Shown one piece after another: positions 1-9,895 of a DNA stretch of 36,697 nt. Below the pieces are notes generated by a model. That model saw only the letters and a program-made list of their open reading frames with translations. It searched no databases and was not told where the DNA came from. The stretch spans positions 1 to 36,697 of the forward strand of contig JAHDOX010000038.1 of the NCBI GenBank assembly GCA_018434645.1. The letters run 5' to 3'. Origin of the DNA: Synergistales bacterium. GTDB lineage: Bacteria; Synergistota; Synergistia; Synergistales; Thermovirgaceae. Position numbers and translations under genes: made by a program. The stretch's first letter is position 1, and each line of letters starts with the position of its first letter.

Positions 1-412
<412 letters not shown>

Positions 413-464
413 CTCTTTTTTCGATTTCGTAATGCTGAAGTGTCAAGTAAAGTATAGAAGAGGT

Positions 465-581
465 TTTCGGTGGTCATAGCGGAGGGGACACACCCGGATC
501 CATGCCGAACCCGGCAGTTAAGCCCTCCAGCGCCGATGGTACTGCGGTGTGTAACCGTGGGAGAGTAGGTCGCCGCCGGAA
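465..581 (+). rRNA. rrf: 5S rRNA
   Basis: Typical 5S motifs (ccgaac, gccgatggtactg, gggagagtaggtcgccgcc), a terminal helix ttttcggtgg/ccgccggaaa, and position about 50 nt after the 23S. Confidence 0.97.
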
Positions 582-602
582 ACCTTAGAACACCCTAAAG
601 AC

Positions 603-650
603 ATACAAACAAGGCGCCACCGTTTCTACCGGGGCGCCTTGTCTGTATTT
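603..650. terminator. Probable bidirectional terminator between the rRNA operon and the convergent sirtuin gene
   Basis: Long imperfect inverted repeat atacaaacaaggcgcc...ggcgccttgtctgtat. Confidence 0.7.
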
Positions 651-685
651 GGAAAACCCTGTGATTCCTGTTCCGGTAAAAGTCG

Positions 686-1474
686 TCACGCGTTTTCAGG
701 GATTTCCAGGCGGAGATGCTCGTTTACCGCCCTGAAGAAATCATCGATATCCTCTTCGGCGTGCAGGAGAACACGTTCTTGCGGCAGGTAGGTGCGGGAA
801 ATTTCTCCCTTGTTCACTACTATTATGTCTCCTTTTGTCATTGAGGGCAGAAGAGCTGCGGGGGTAACGACCAGGGATGACCCTACGACGAAAAGGAGCT
901 CTGCCAAGGATGACAGGGCCTTGCACTCTTCCAGTTGCTTAACCATTTCGCCGAAAAAAACTATGTCGGGCTTGACGACGCCGCCACAGCTGTCACAGCG
1001 GGGCACTTCATACTCGAAAGCCATTTTGAGACTTTCCTCGTACCCCCAGGTTTTGCCGCAGTCAATGCAGAAACTTTTCCAGATTCCGCCATGGATTTCG
1101 TAGACTTTCTTCGAGCCCGCTCGCTGGTGCAGTGAGTCGATGTTTTGAGTAATGACACCTTCAAGAATCCCCTCTTTTTCCAGGGCTGCGAAAAACCTGT
1201 GTGCGAAGGTAGGTTTGATCTTTTCCACCGAACGCAAAAATTCCCGGTGGAAATCGTAAAAGAAACGAGGGTCCTGGTAAAAGTAGTCTATATCGAAAAT
1301 GCGCTCGGGGTCTGTGTGAAGTTTTTGGCGGTAAATGCCTTTAGGTCCCCTGAAATCTGGCAATCCTGCGTTCGTGGACATGCCGGCTCCGCTCAAAAGG
1401 ACGGCTTTTCGAGTGTTTTGCAGTCTTTCGGCGCATTTTCGCGCCTGCGATTCGAGGTTCTTTATCTCGGCCAT
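686..1474 (-). CDS. cobB: NAD-dependent protein deacylase, SIR2/sirtuin family
   Basis: GAGMST, FRG, TQNID, HG, two CxxC Zn knuckles, VGSSL and NKG motifs. Start placed at ATG 1474, after a GGAGGG RBS. Confidence 0.93.
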   Translation of the reverse strand: MAEIKNLESQARKCAERLQNTRKAVLLSGAGMSTNAGLPDFRGPKGIYRQKLHTDPERIFDIDYFYQDPRFFYDFHREFLRSVEKIKPTFAHRFFAALEKEGILEGVITQNIDSLHQRAGSKKVYEIHGGIWKSFCIDCGKTWGYEESLKMAFEYEVPRCDSCGGVVKPDIVFFGEMVKQLEECKALSSLAELLFVVGSSLVVTPAALLPSMTKGDIIVVNKGEISRTYLPQERVLLHAEEDIDDFFRAVNEHLRLEIPENA

Positions 1475-1640
1475 AAAATATCCCTCCATTCAGGACTTAC
1501 CCTTTAAACTTATCACAAACCGGAGGATGGTATCTTTTCCTTAAGGCATTTATTTGACATGTGAGCCGCCTCGGGTAGAAAATATAATAAAGAAAAACGT
1601 TTTCAAACTGGAGTCAGGAAGGTCTCTATCGCATTGCAGT

Positions 1641-1649
1641 TGCTATAAT
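1641..1649 (+). promoter_or_regulatory. Extended -10 promoter element (TGcTATAAT) upstream of dfx
   Basis: Perfect TGnTATAAT about 60 nt before the dfx start. TTGACA (1554-1559) and a second TATAAT (1583-1588) lie further upstream. Confidence 0.55.
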
Positions 1650-1709
1650 TGTCTCCAGAGATGAAGCCGGATCCGGGAAAAACCGATACTTCACAAGGAG
1701 GGATACTGG

Positions 1710-2084
1710 ATGACGAAACTAAACGAAGTATACAAGTGTGAGCTCTGTGGCAACATGGTTATAGTCGTTCATGATGGTGCGGGAGAGCTTGTTTGTTGCG
1801 GACAGCCCATGAAACGCATGGAGGAGCAGACTGCCGATTCCGCGACGGAAAAACACGTGCCGGTGATCGAAAAGAAAGAAGAAGGAATCCTGGTCAAAGT
1901 CGGGAGTGTTCCTCACCCGATGGAAGAAAAGCACTACATAGAATGGATCGAGTTGACAGTAGACGGAACGGTGTTAAGGCGTTTTCTCAAACCTCAGGAA
2001 GCACCGGAAGTGCTGTTCAAGGTAAAAGGAGAAAAGTTGAGCGCCCGGGAATACTGTAACGTACACGGACTCTGGAGGAGCTGA
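1710..2084 (+). CDS. dfx: Desulfoferrodoxin (2Fe superoxide reductase)
   Basis: N-terminal CxxC...CC desulforedoxin domain; EKHVP, HPM, HYI and CNVHG iron ligands; AAGGAGG RBS. Confidence 0.97.
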   Translation: MTKLNEVYKCELCGNMVIVVHDGAGELVCCGQPMKRMEEQTADSATEKHVPVIEKKEEGILVKVGSVPHPMEEKHYIEWIELTVDGTVLRRFLKPQEAPEVLFKVKGEKLSAREYCNVHGLWRS

Positions 2085-2089
2085 CGAAA

Positions 2090-2584
2090 ATGATTGGCAA
2101 GAAAATGCAGGAAGCCATGAACAATCAGATCAACGAGGAACTTTACTCAGCCTATCTATATCTTTCCATGGCGGCCTGGTTCGAGAAAAACAACCTTCGT
2201 GGGGCCGCTTCGTGGATGCGTAAGCAATCAGGTGAAGAGACAGGCCATGCAATGAAATTTTTCAACCACATCCTTGAGAGAGGTGGAGAGGTCGAGCTAC
2301 TGCCCATCAAGGGTCCCAAAAAAGAGTGGACTTCGATACTGGAAGTTTTCGAGGCCTCCTTGGAGCATGAACGCCATGTTTCGGCCCGCATCAACGACCT
2401 TTACAGCCTGGCGCTGAAAGAAAACGACTACGCTTCGCAGGTGTTCCTGCAGTGGTTTGTCGAGGAGCAGGTCGAGGAAGAGGCATCGGTGGATGAGGTT
2501 GTCCAGAAGCTCAAGCTGGTTTCCGATTCCAAACAGGGTATTTTTATGGTGGACAGGGAACTCGGCATGAGGGGGAACGACTAG
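2090..2584 (+). CDS. ftnA: Non-heme ferritin
   Basis: 164 aa with ferroxidase-centre motifs (EELYSAYLY, EETGHAMK, EHE, FLQWFVEEQVEEE). Confidence 0.96.
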   Translation: MIGKKMQEAMNNQINEELYSAYLYLSMAAWFEKNNLRGAASWMRKQSGEETGHAMKFFNHILERGGEVELLPIKGPKKEWTSILEVFEASLEHERHVSARINDLYSLALKENDYASQVFLQWFVEEQVEEEASVDEVVQKLKLVSDSKQGIFMVDRELGMRGND

Positions 2585-2639
2585 AACCTGTGCAGGCCGA
2601 ATCCTTGATTGACCTGTGGAAGATATAAGGTGTTTCCTG

Positions 2640-2670
2640 ACGGGGCAGGTCGTGATACTTGCCCCGTTTT
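2640..2670 (+). terminator. Hairpin between ferritin and flavin reductase genes (weak terminator or mRNA-stability element)
   Basis: acggggcaggt-cgtgat-acttgccccgt stem followed by only a short T run. Confidence 0.45.
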
Positions 2671-2698
2671 ACACGTGCCGACAGGAGGGGAAGAAAAA

Positions 2699-3229
2699 AT
2701 GGAAAACAAAGACATTGACGTGAGGGCTTTGTACAAGATCTCCTACGGGCTGTACCTCGTAAGTTCCTGCAAGGGAGAGAAATTCAACGGCCAGGTGGCC
2801 AATGCAGTCATGCAGGTTACTGCCGACCCTGTGAGCATAGTAGCCTGCCTGCACAAGGATAACCTGACCACCGAGTGCATCCTGGATTCCGGCGTTTTCA
2901 GCGTGGGCGTCCTGGAACAGGACACGCCCATGACCTTTATAGGTAATTTCGGTTTCAAGTGCGGCAGGGACATAGACAAGTTCTGCAATTGCAATTACCG
3001 GGTGGGCGTAACAGGCGCCCCGCTTCCGCTGGAAAACACCCTTGCTGTTATCGAGGCTGAAGTGGTTCATCATACAGACATATTCACTCACGTGATGTTT
3101 TTCGGCAAGGTGGTTTCTTCAGAAGTTCTCAAGGAAGGACCTCCCCTGACTTATGCCTATTACCACGAGGTCAAAAAGGGCAAATCGCCAAAGAACGCGC
3201 CTACCTCGACATTAAACAAGGTGAGATGA
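2699..3229 (+). CDS. Flavin reductase family protein (resembles the N-terminal domain of high-molecular-weight rubredoxin)
   Basis: ALYKISYGLY, NGQVAN, FGFKCGRDIDKF, THVMFFG and LTYAYYH motifs; AGGAGG RBS before ATG 2699. Confidence 0.88.
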   Translation: MENKDIDVRALYKISYGLYLVSSCKGEKFNGQVANAVMQVTADPVSIVACLHKDNLTTECILDSGVFSVGVLEQDTPMTFIGNFGFKCGRDIDKFCNCNYRVGVTGAPLPLENTLAVIEAEVVHHTDIFTHVMFFGKVVSSEVLKEGPPLTYAYYHEVKKGKSPKNAPTSTLNKVR

Positions 3230-4083
3230 AGGCAGTGTCGGTAAAAACGCAAAACGGAACGGGGGAGCTGTTGAAATGGCTCGAAGGTCTTTACGAAAAA
3301 TACAACAGGCGTGAATATGTTCACCCGGACCCTGTGGAGCTGCTGTACGCCTATGGGGATGTCAGGGACAGGGAAATAGCCGGAGTCGTAGCAGCGGCCC
3401 TTGCTTACGGCAGGGCGGCACTGATAATAAAAAGCGCCGGCAGCGTGCTGGATGTCCTGGGGCCGTCGCCTGTAGCTTCCCTTTCGGGGATGACCGATGC
3501 CGAGCTCATGCGTTCCCTGAAAGGCTTCAGGCATCGCTTTACCACCGGTTACGATATGGCGATGCTTCTTTCAGGGATCAGAAAAGCCCTTGGCAGATAC
3601 GAAACCCTGGAGGCCTGTTTCGTGGAAGGTCTCGAAAATGGTCGAGGCTCCGTAACTGCCGGACTAAGTCATTTGCGAAATGCCCTGTGTCGTCGGGAAG
3701 ACGGAAAGGTCAATGCCACACTCCCCGACCCGGGCAAAGGGTCGGCGTGCAAAAGGTTGTACCTTTTCCTGAAGTGGATGGTCCGCTCCGATGAAGTGGA
3801 CCCGGGAGGATGGAAAGCCATCGATCCCTCGCGGCTTTTGATACCCCTCGATACCCACATGTTTTCCATGACGCGCGAGTGGGGGATGACCAACAGGAAA
3901 AGTGCCGATCTCAAGACCGTACAGGAGGTAACCAGAGCCTTCGCGGCTCTGCGCCCTGATGATCCATTGCGGTACGATTTCGTGTTGACCCGCTTCGGGA
4001 TCAGGTCCGACCTGGATAAGGGGCAGTTGCTGAAAGAGGGTACTTTTCTCCTGACGGCCTGCAAAGATCAAGGGATCATCTAG
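3226..4083 (+). CDS. TIGR02757 (DUF2400) family protein
   Basis: DPVE, LAYG, SACKRLYLFLKWMVR, VDPGGW, PLDTH and DPLRYDF motifs; ATGA overlap with the upstream gene. Confidence 0.88.
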   Translation: MKAVSVKTQNGTGELLKWLEGLYEKYNRREYVHPDPVELLYAYGDVRDREIAGVVAAALAYGRAALIIKSAGSVLDVLGPSPVASLSGMTDAELMRSLKGFRHRFTTGYDMAMLLSGIRKALGRYETLEACFVEGLENGRGSVTAGLSHLRNALCRREDGKVNATLPDPGKGSACKRLYLFLKWMVRSDEVDPGGWKAIDPSRLLIPLDTHMFSMTREWGMTNRKSADLKTVQEVTRAFAALRPDDPLRYDFVLTRFGIRSDLDKGQLLKEGTFLLTACKDQGII

Positions 4084-4131
4084 TATAATGACGACGAAAA
4101 GAAAGCCTTCCGCAAGGAGGATATTCTGAAA

Positions 4132-4803
4132 ATGGGAATTTTGCCCTACTGGGACAAAAACGTCGACCTGGAAATAGTTCCGTGGATACCTTACGGTGTC
4201 GACTTTACCCCTGTCTCCGTCAATACGCTTCAAAGCGAGCAGATAGGCCGTATCGCCAGAATAGCGCTGGAAATGGACAGCGAGCTTTTGTGCATAGAGG
4301 GAATGACAACCGGCCAGCTTGGCTCCCTGTTCAGGGAAAAGCTTATACTGCCCGACGATAGAACCTCGCTGGTTCCGGGATTCTCGATGGTTTTCGCCTA
4401 TTCACGTCCCATGGAGGCCTTCCTGGGCATTTTTGCCGAGGCCTTCCCGGGTATCAGCGCGGGCCTGTCCCTCTGCGGGGTCTGGGACAGGACCATGCTT
4501 GTAGACGAGTGCAAGGTGATAGTGCTTGTGAGCGACAGCCCCCTTTTCAACGAGGAAGGCTGTCTGGACGCGCTTTCGGAATTGCTCGAGAAGTCTCCGG
4601 CGGCGGACAGTGGAATGCGCAATTCCTTTTTCGCGGAACAGTTTGGATACAGGCGGTTTTCCATACCTTTTGAAACCGATGACGTAACCGAACTTTGCAT
4701 AACCAAGGTCTTGTTTGATTTCGAACTCGAAGCCACTCGGCAAATAGTCGGTCCAGCGCCGGAGGTGGCCTTCCCTAATCATTCGTTCAAGGGTATTGAT
4801 TGA
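4132..4803 (+). CDS. Hypothetical protein
   Basis: 223-aa ORF with a GGGAGG RBS, translationally coupled to mntP. No motif recognised. Confidence 0.7.
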   Translation: MGILPYWDKNVDLEIVPWIPYGVDFTPVSVNTLQSEQIGRIARIALEMDSELLCIEGMTTGQLGSLFREKLILPDDRTSLVPGFSMVFAYSRPMEAFLGIFAEAFPGISAGLSLCGVWDRTMLVDECKVIVLVSDSPLFNEEGCLDALSELLEKSPAADSGMRNSFFAEQFGYRRFSIPFETDDVTELCITKVLFDFELEATRQIVGPAPEVAFPNHSFKGID

Positions 4804-5366
4804 TGAACCTGACTACGACGGGCCTTTTGGGCTTCGGTCTTTCCATGGATGCCTTTGCCGTTTCGATAGTTATCTCTCTTTGTGTTATGAAACTCGAAAA
4901 TGTACAGGTGCTGAGAGTTGCCGGCAGTTTTGGCTTTTCCCAGGCCGCTATGCCTCTTTTGGGATGGTTGGCGGCTTCAGGGTTTGCAGAATCCATAAGG
5001 CCCTGGGATCACTGGCTGGCTTTTTTGTTATTGGCCGGGGTCGGTGTGCACATGGTTCGGGAGGGGTTTGAAAAAAGCGTTTCTTGCCCGAATTGGCCGG
5101 ACCCGACAAAGGGTAAAGCCCTGTTCGCTCTTTCTGTAGGCACGAGTATAGATGCCTTTGCGGCCGGGGCAGGGTTCGTGGGTCTGAGGGTGGACATTAT
5201 CCGGACGGTGACCGTTATCGGCTTGATGACATTCGGGATTTCGGTGGTGGGTATGCTTTTCGGGGACCGTCTGGGGAAACACTCGGGCAAAAGAATGCTT
5301 GTTGTCGGCGGGCTTGTTCTCGCCTTGTTGGGACTCAAGATCCTGCTGGAACATCTTATAGCCTGA
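4803..5366 (+). CDS. mntP: Manganese efflux pump MntP family
   Basis: LSMDAFAVS, DHWLAF and TSIDAFAAG motifs; about six hydrophobic segments. Confidence 0.92.
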   Translation: MNLTTTGLLGFGLSMDAFAVSIVISLCVMKLENVQVLRVAGSFGFSQAAMPLLGWLAASGFAESIRPWDHWLAFLLLAGVGVHMVREGFEKSVSCPNWPDPTKGKALFALSVGTSIDAFAAGAGFVGLRVDIIRTVTVIGLMTFGISVVGMLFGDRLGKHSGKRMLVVGGLVLALLGLKILLEHLIA

Positions 5367-5380
5367 CGGGGGTGTAAAAG

Positions 5381-5845
5381 TTGCCCTGCACGAGACCCGG
5401 ATGGGACAGCTATTTCATGTCCATTGCCAAAGTTGTTTCTACCAGAAGCACCTGCCTGAGACGAAGAGTGGGGGCTGTTTTGGTTCGTGACCGGCAGATA
5501 ATAAGCACAGGCTACAACGGCGCGCCGAAAGGGGTACCCCATTGCGAAGAGGTGGGATGCCTGAGGGAGGAACTTTCCGTCCCGTCCGGCGAGCGCCATG
5601 AAATATGCCGCGGATCACACGCCGAAATCAACGTCATAGCACAAGCCGCTGCCCTTGGGTCGCAGACTGCCGGTGCAACGCTATATTGTACCCATGAACC
5701 CTGTGCCTTCTGTGCCAAGGCGCTCATCAACGCCGGAATCGTGCGGATCGTTTACAGGAAGCCCTATCCCGACGAACTTTCCCGCAGGGTCAGGAAAGAG
5801 GCCGGAATGGATGAAACGGCCTTTCCGGAAGGGCGATACGATTAG
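5381..5845 (+). CDS. dCMP/cytidine deaminase family protein (ComEB-like)
   Basis: [23 protein letters not shown] and PCxxC Zn motifs; TTG start. Confidence 0.92.
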   Translation: MPCTRPGWDSYFMSIAKVVSTRSTCLRRRVGAVLVRDRQIISTGYNGAPKGVPHCEEVGCLREELSVPSGERHEICRGSHAEINVIAQAAALGSQTAGATLYCTHEPCAFCAKALINAGIVRIVYRKPYPDELSRRVRKEAGMDETAFPEGRYD

Positions 5846-5873
5846 AGCCTGAGGCTGAACAAGCCGACTGGAG

Positions 5874-8522
5874 ATGATGACGGCCGTGGCGATTGAAATC
5901 ACCCGAAAGAAACGGGAACCCGGTGTTGAAATCGATGACCTGATCGGCCTTTGGTCTATCAAGAGGGAATTGCGACGCATCGAAGCCATGCTGTGGCTCA
6001 ATCGGCACCGGGAAAAAGAGGACCTGGGACGATTGAAGCTCGAGTCCTTCCATTTTGCCTTTCGAGGCAATCCAGGTACCGGGAAAACCACCGTAGCGAG
6101 GCTTTTGGGCGAGATCTTCCACCGCTACGGGATACTTCGTGTGGGTGACGTCGTTGAGGTGGACCGATCGAAACTGGTAGGGCCCACGCCCGGCGAGACG
6201 GAAGTCAGGGCAAGAAAGGCCCTCAAAAGCGCCCTCGACGGCGTCCTTTTCATCGACGAAGCCTATACTCTTGCAGGCGACAGCCCTTCCGACCCCGGAC
6301 TAAGAGCGCTGGAAGTCATACTGAAGGGAATGGAAGATTACCGGGATGCGCTGGTAGTCGTTTTTGCCGGGTATCCGGCGGAGATGGACAGGCTTTTCGA
6401 CAAGGTTACCGGCCTTAAAAGCCGCGTGCCCTTCCACCTGGAGTTCGAGAACTACACACCGATCGAGCTTATCAGAATCGCAAATTTAATGGCTGCCAGG
6501 GAGGACCTGGAATTTTCCGATGAGGCTTCCCTGAAACTTCTTCGAATGATGGAAAAACGGGTCAACCAACCTGATTTCAGCAATGCCCGGGAAATCAGGA
6601 ACATTCTCGATCATGCCAAGACGAAGATGTCTTCCCGCCTGCAGTCGAGGTTGAAAGTGTCCCCATGGGATATGAAGACCATCACCGCCGTTGACATCGA
6701 AATTCCGATGGAACAAGAAGAGTCTCCGGAAGAAAAAATAGAGAAAAAGAAGAAGGAAATGTACGCCGACCCGACGGATCGCAAAAAGCGTTATGCCCTT
6801 GCCGCTGTATACGCCGAGGCAGGACTCTGGTCCGATGCCGCGGGCCTGATGGAACCGCTGGCTGAAGGACTCGACGAAAAGGAGGCTGCCCTTTACGGCA
6901 AGGCGCTTTACATGACCGGAGAAAGGGACAAGGCCTGGCATGTCTTCAAAAATCTCTCCCTGAACAGAGAAAGCGCTTTCTTCCAGGGACTTTCAGCCCT
7001 TTGGGCCGGGGAAACAGGACTAGCCGAAGACCTTTTGAACGAAGCGGCATCCATGGCACCCGAAGCAGCCGAGATTCATTATGCCCTGGCTTTTGCTGCC
7101 TTCGAGTCTAAAAACTGGGGCAAGGCTACGGAACATATTACGGAGGCCCTGGGTAAGAAGGGAAGCACGATCCCTCCCTCGATCCTGAGAGACCTTCCTT
7201 TCGACAGGCTGGAGGTCCCCGAAAGCCGGCAAGCCTTTTTTGACATGGTGACGAGATCCTGGGGGCAATATGCCGATACGCTTCTGGATTTCGGGAAGGC
7301 CCTTCTGGCATCGGCCGACGAGGCCACGCTGCCCTTTGCGATGGATGTCCTCCGGCGGGTTTTGGCGGAGCGCCCGGATGATGCAAGGGCCCACAGGCTG
7401 TTGGCCGGATGCTGTGAAGCATCGGGGGCTTTGGCCTCCGCCGCGGCCTCTTTGGAAATAGCCCTCGAGATTGAACCCCGCAGAACCGGAGACTGGCAAA
7501 AGCTTGCGGAACTTTACGAACGCATGGATATGCACGACAAAGCCAGGTCTATTTATGAAGCGCTCGTCAACGAACCAGGCGGATTCGGTCCCGTGACGCT
7601 TTCTTTGGCGGCGAAACAGGAGAAGGCGGGCGAATTGGAAGAGGCGGAAAAGCTTTATGAAAAAGCCTGGGGACAGGAGCTTGACGAAAAAGAAAAGGCG
7701 TTTTGCGCAGAGCGATTGGGAGTTTTGAAAGCTTCTTCCGGAAATCTGGATACAGCGCTGCGATATTTGGAAGCAGCCGGAGATGCTGCTATATCCCCGG
7801 AGGCAAGGTTCTGGCATGCCAGGGCCCTGATAGAAAAAGGGAGATGGTCCGAAGCGGAACCGCTTTTTCAGGAGCCGCTTGCTGGAAACATGTTGGAGGC
7901 CGCGGCCTTATATTGGAAAATCAGGGTCTTCATCGCCACGAAAAACCTCTACCAGGCCAGAAGACATGCAGAAAACGACGGTGGAAACAGCTGGCTGAAA
8001 CTGGTAAAGGGCGTGGTTCGGGGACTATCGGGAGACAAGTCTGCGGCAGCTGTTCTAAAGGAGCTTGCTACCGCCGGGTTCGGACCGGACGGTTTGGGCC
8101 TTCTTGCGGTCGGCCTGGCCGGCATCGAGGAATGGGATTTGGTCGAAGCCAGCGCCAGGAAGGCTCGCAGAAGCGATCCCGGACCTTTCTTGTGGGAACG
8201 GTCAGACAAGAGGATAGTGGAGGAAACGGCCTATCTGGGAGCAGTAGCTGCGGCGAGGCTGGGCAAGTGGACGGAAGCCCTGGAGGAGTTCCACAAAGTC
8301 TACATATCCCTGCGGCATCCCGCGCCACTTTACGGTCAGGCGGTAAGCCTCGTAGCCCTCGGTGAGGTAGACCAGGCAAAAAAAATTTTCCTGCAGCTCA
8401 AATCGGCGGCGCCTGCGTCGGCCAAAAAGCTTGAGGACCTGATACGCGACCACACCGGCCTCAGGCGATTTTTGGCCGAAAAAGTCGACCCGGGGCTGCT
8501 GGAAACGTTTGTTTTCATATAA
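5874..8522 (+). CDS. CbbX/SpoVK-type AAA+ ATPase fused to a long C-terminal TPR-like helical region
   Basis: Walker A GNPGTGKT, Walker B VLFIDEAY, FAGYP, GLKSR, NAREIRN; about 590 aa of Ala/Leu/Glu-rich TPR-like repeats follow. Confidence 0.85.
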   Translation: MMTAVAIEITRKKREPGVEIDDLIGLWSIKRELRRIEAMLWLNRHREKEDLGRLKLESFHFAFRGNPGTGKTTVARLLGEIFHRYGILRVGDVVEVDRSKLVGPTPGETEVRARKALKSALDGVLFIDEAYTLAGDSPSDPGLRALEVILKGMEDYRDALVVVFAGYPAEMDRLFDKVTGLKSRVPFHLEFENYTPIELIRIANLMAAREDLEFSDEASLKLLRMMEKRVNQPDFSNAREIRNILDHAKTKMSSRLQSRLKVSPWDMKTITAVDIEIPMEQEESPEEKIEKKKKEMYADPTDRKKRYALAAVYAEAGLWSDAAGLMEPLAEGLDEKEAALYGKALYMTGERDKAWHVFKNLSLNRESAFFQGLSALWAGETGLAEDLLNEAASMAPEAAEIHYALAFAAFESKNWGKATEHITEALGKKGSTIPPSILRDLPFDRLEVPESRQAFFDMVTRSWGQYADTLLDFGKALLASADEATLPFAMDVLRRVLAERPDDARAHRLLAGCCEASGALASAAASLEIALEIEPRRTGDWQKLAELYERMDMHDKARSIYEALVNEPGGFGPVTLSLAAKQEKAGELEEAEKLYEKAWGQELDEKEKAFCAERLGVLKASSGNLDTALRYLEAAGDAAISPEARFWHARALIEKGRWSEAEPLFQEPLAGNMLEAAALYWKIRVFIATKNLYQARRHAENDGGNSWLKLVKGVVRGLSGDKSAAAVLKELATAGFGPDGLGLLAVGLAGIEEWDLVEASARKARRSDPGPFLWERSDKRIVEETAYLGAVAAARLGKWTEALEEFHKVYISLRHPAPLYGQAVSLVALGEVDQAKKIFLQLKSAAPASAKKLEDLIRDHTGLRRFLAEKVDPGLLETFVFI

Positions 8523-8569
8523 GAGAGCTCGTTCATTCGTGATTGACCCAAAAAGAAGGAGGATTCGCA

Positions 8570-9142
8570 ATGGAAAGAGACAAGGCTCTGGAACTGCTCA
8601 AAAGGTATAATGCCGAAGAAGGTCATATAAGACATGCCGTCGCCGTGGAAGCGGCGATGCGCCATTTTGCGAGGAAACTGGGAGAAGACGAGAAACTGTG
8701 GGGAATAACTGGTCTTTTGCATGACATCGATTGGGAAAAGACACAGGAAACACCCGAGCGCCATACCCATGTAGGGGCGCAAATCCTGGAAGAAGAGGGC
8801 TATCCGCCCCAGGTGGTAAGGGCGGTTTTATCCCATGGTTGGGGAATATGCAGTGACGTAAAACCCGAATCGGACATGGAAAAGTACCTTTTCGCCGTCG
8901 ATGAGCTGACGGGCTTTGTAACCGCTGTAGCCCTGGTTCGCCCGGGGAAATCGCTGCAGGACCTCAAGGTCAAATCTGTCAGAAAAAAATGGAAAGACAA
9001 GGCTTTCGCCCGTGGCGTCGACAGGGACGTCATCCAAAGGGGGGCGGAGCTTCTCGGTCAGCCTCTGGAAGATCTCATAGAGGAGGTAATCGAGGCCCTC
9101 AGACCGGTAGAAAAAGAAATAGGACTGGGAGAGGACGACTGA
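8570..9142 (+). CDS. HDIG-domain metal-dependent hydrolase
   Basis: H...GLLHDIDWE...H...SH...DELTG and KKWKDKAFARGV motifs; AAGGAGG RBS before ATG 8570. Confidence 0.88.
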   Translation: MERDKALELLKRYNAEEGHIRHAVAVEAAMRHFARKLGEDEKLWGITGLLHDIDWEKTQETPERHTHVGAQILEEEGYPPQVVRAVLSHGWGICSDVKPESDMEKYLFAVDELTGFVTAVALVRPGKSLQDLKVKSVRKKWKDKAFARGVDRDVIQRGAELLGQPLEDLIEEVIEALRPVEKEIGLGEDD

Positions 9143-9177
9143 TTCGCCAGATTCATTCGGACGACGCGACGCTTCTG

Positions 9178-9654
9178 CTATTCCAGGGGCGCCGCGTCCA
9201 GTAGTTTCCACCGGATTCCACCAGGTCCGGTCATTTCGTACGACAGCAGCATGTACCCGCCTATATGCCCGTCCTCTACGTAGGCCATGCACCATGAAGG
9301 TCCCAAAAACCAGATATCGCTTTTGCCCGGAATTCTCATGGTCCCTCCAACAACGCCTTCCCACGGCAGAAGGTCTCTTCGCGAAAGCAGATCCTCCAGG
9401 GCTTCCTCGCGGGGATCTCCTGTGGAAACGGAGGCCCTTTCACTCCAGTCCGGTCCCGGTACAGCGGCATCCTGAAGGTTTTGGACCTTTTTCTCAAGAA
9501 TTTTCTCGCGCAGGGCGTATTCGTCTATGATTCCTTGAAGGGACCGGATTTCGGAAAGACTTCGGAAATTGAAAAAGAGACTTGCGGCAAGTCCCAGTGC
9601 GAGTAAAACGAGCAGGACCGAATTTGCGAAAGCGCGTCTTGTGATCATTGTCAT
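9178..9654 (-). CDS. Hypothetical membrane-anchored protein with a short coiled coil
   Basis: N-terminal TM helix (VLLVLLALGLAASLFF), coiled coil, and C-terminal YVEDGHIGGYMLL. A GGAGG RBS supports a start near 9654; start approximate. Confidence 0.75.
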   Translation of the reverse strand: MTMITRRAFANSVLLVLLALGLAASLFFNFRSLSEIRSLQGIIDEYALREKILEKKVQNLQDAAVPGPDWSERASVSTGDPREEALEDLLSRRDLLPWEGVVGGTMRIPGKSDIWFLGPSWCMAYVEDGHIGGYMLLSYEMTGPGGIRWKLLDAAPLE

Positions 9655-9895
9655 CACCCTCCGGCATGTTGAAACAGTTCCCCTTGTGGTACTCTTCCTC
9701 ATGTGAGTACTTACGTCAGTTTAGCACTATAGGTAGGGTTTCGGGATAAATAAAGTTTAAAGGCATTAAAAGGCCTGTTTTTTGGCCCCCGGGAGGAGGG
9801 AATCCGTAAACGGGCGGATACGCTGTTTACCTGGGGCAGTGGACAATAATACCTACAGGGAAAAAACCCTTTTATAAAAGAAGGGAAGTGTTTTT

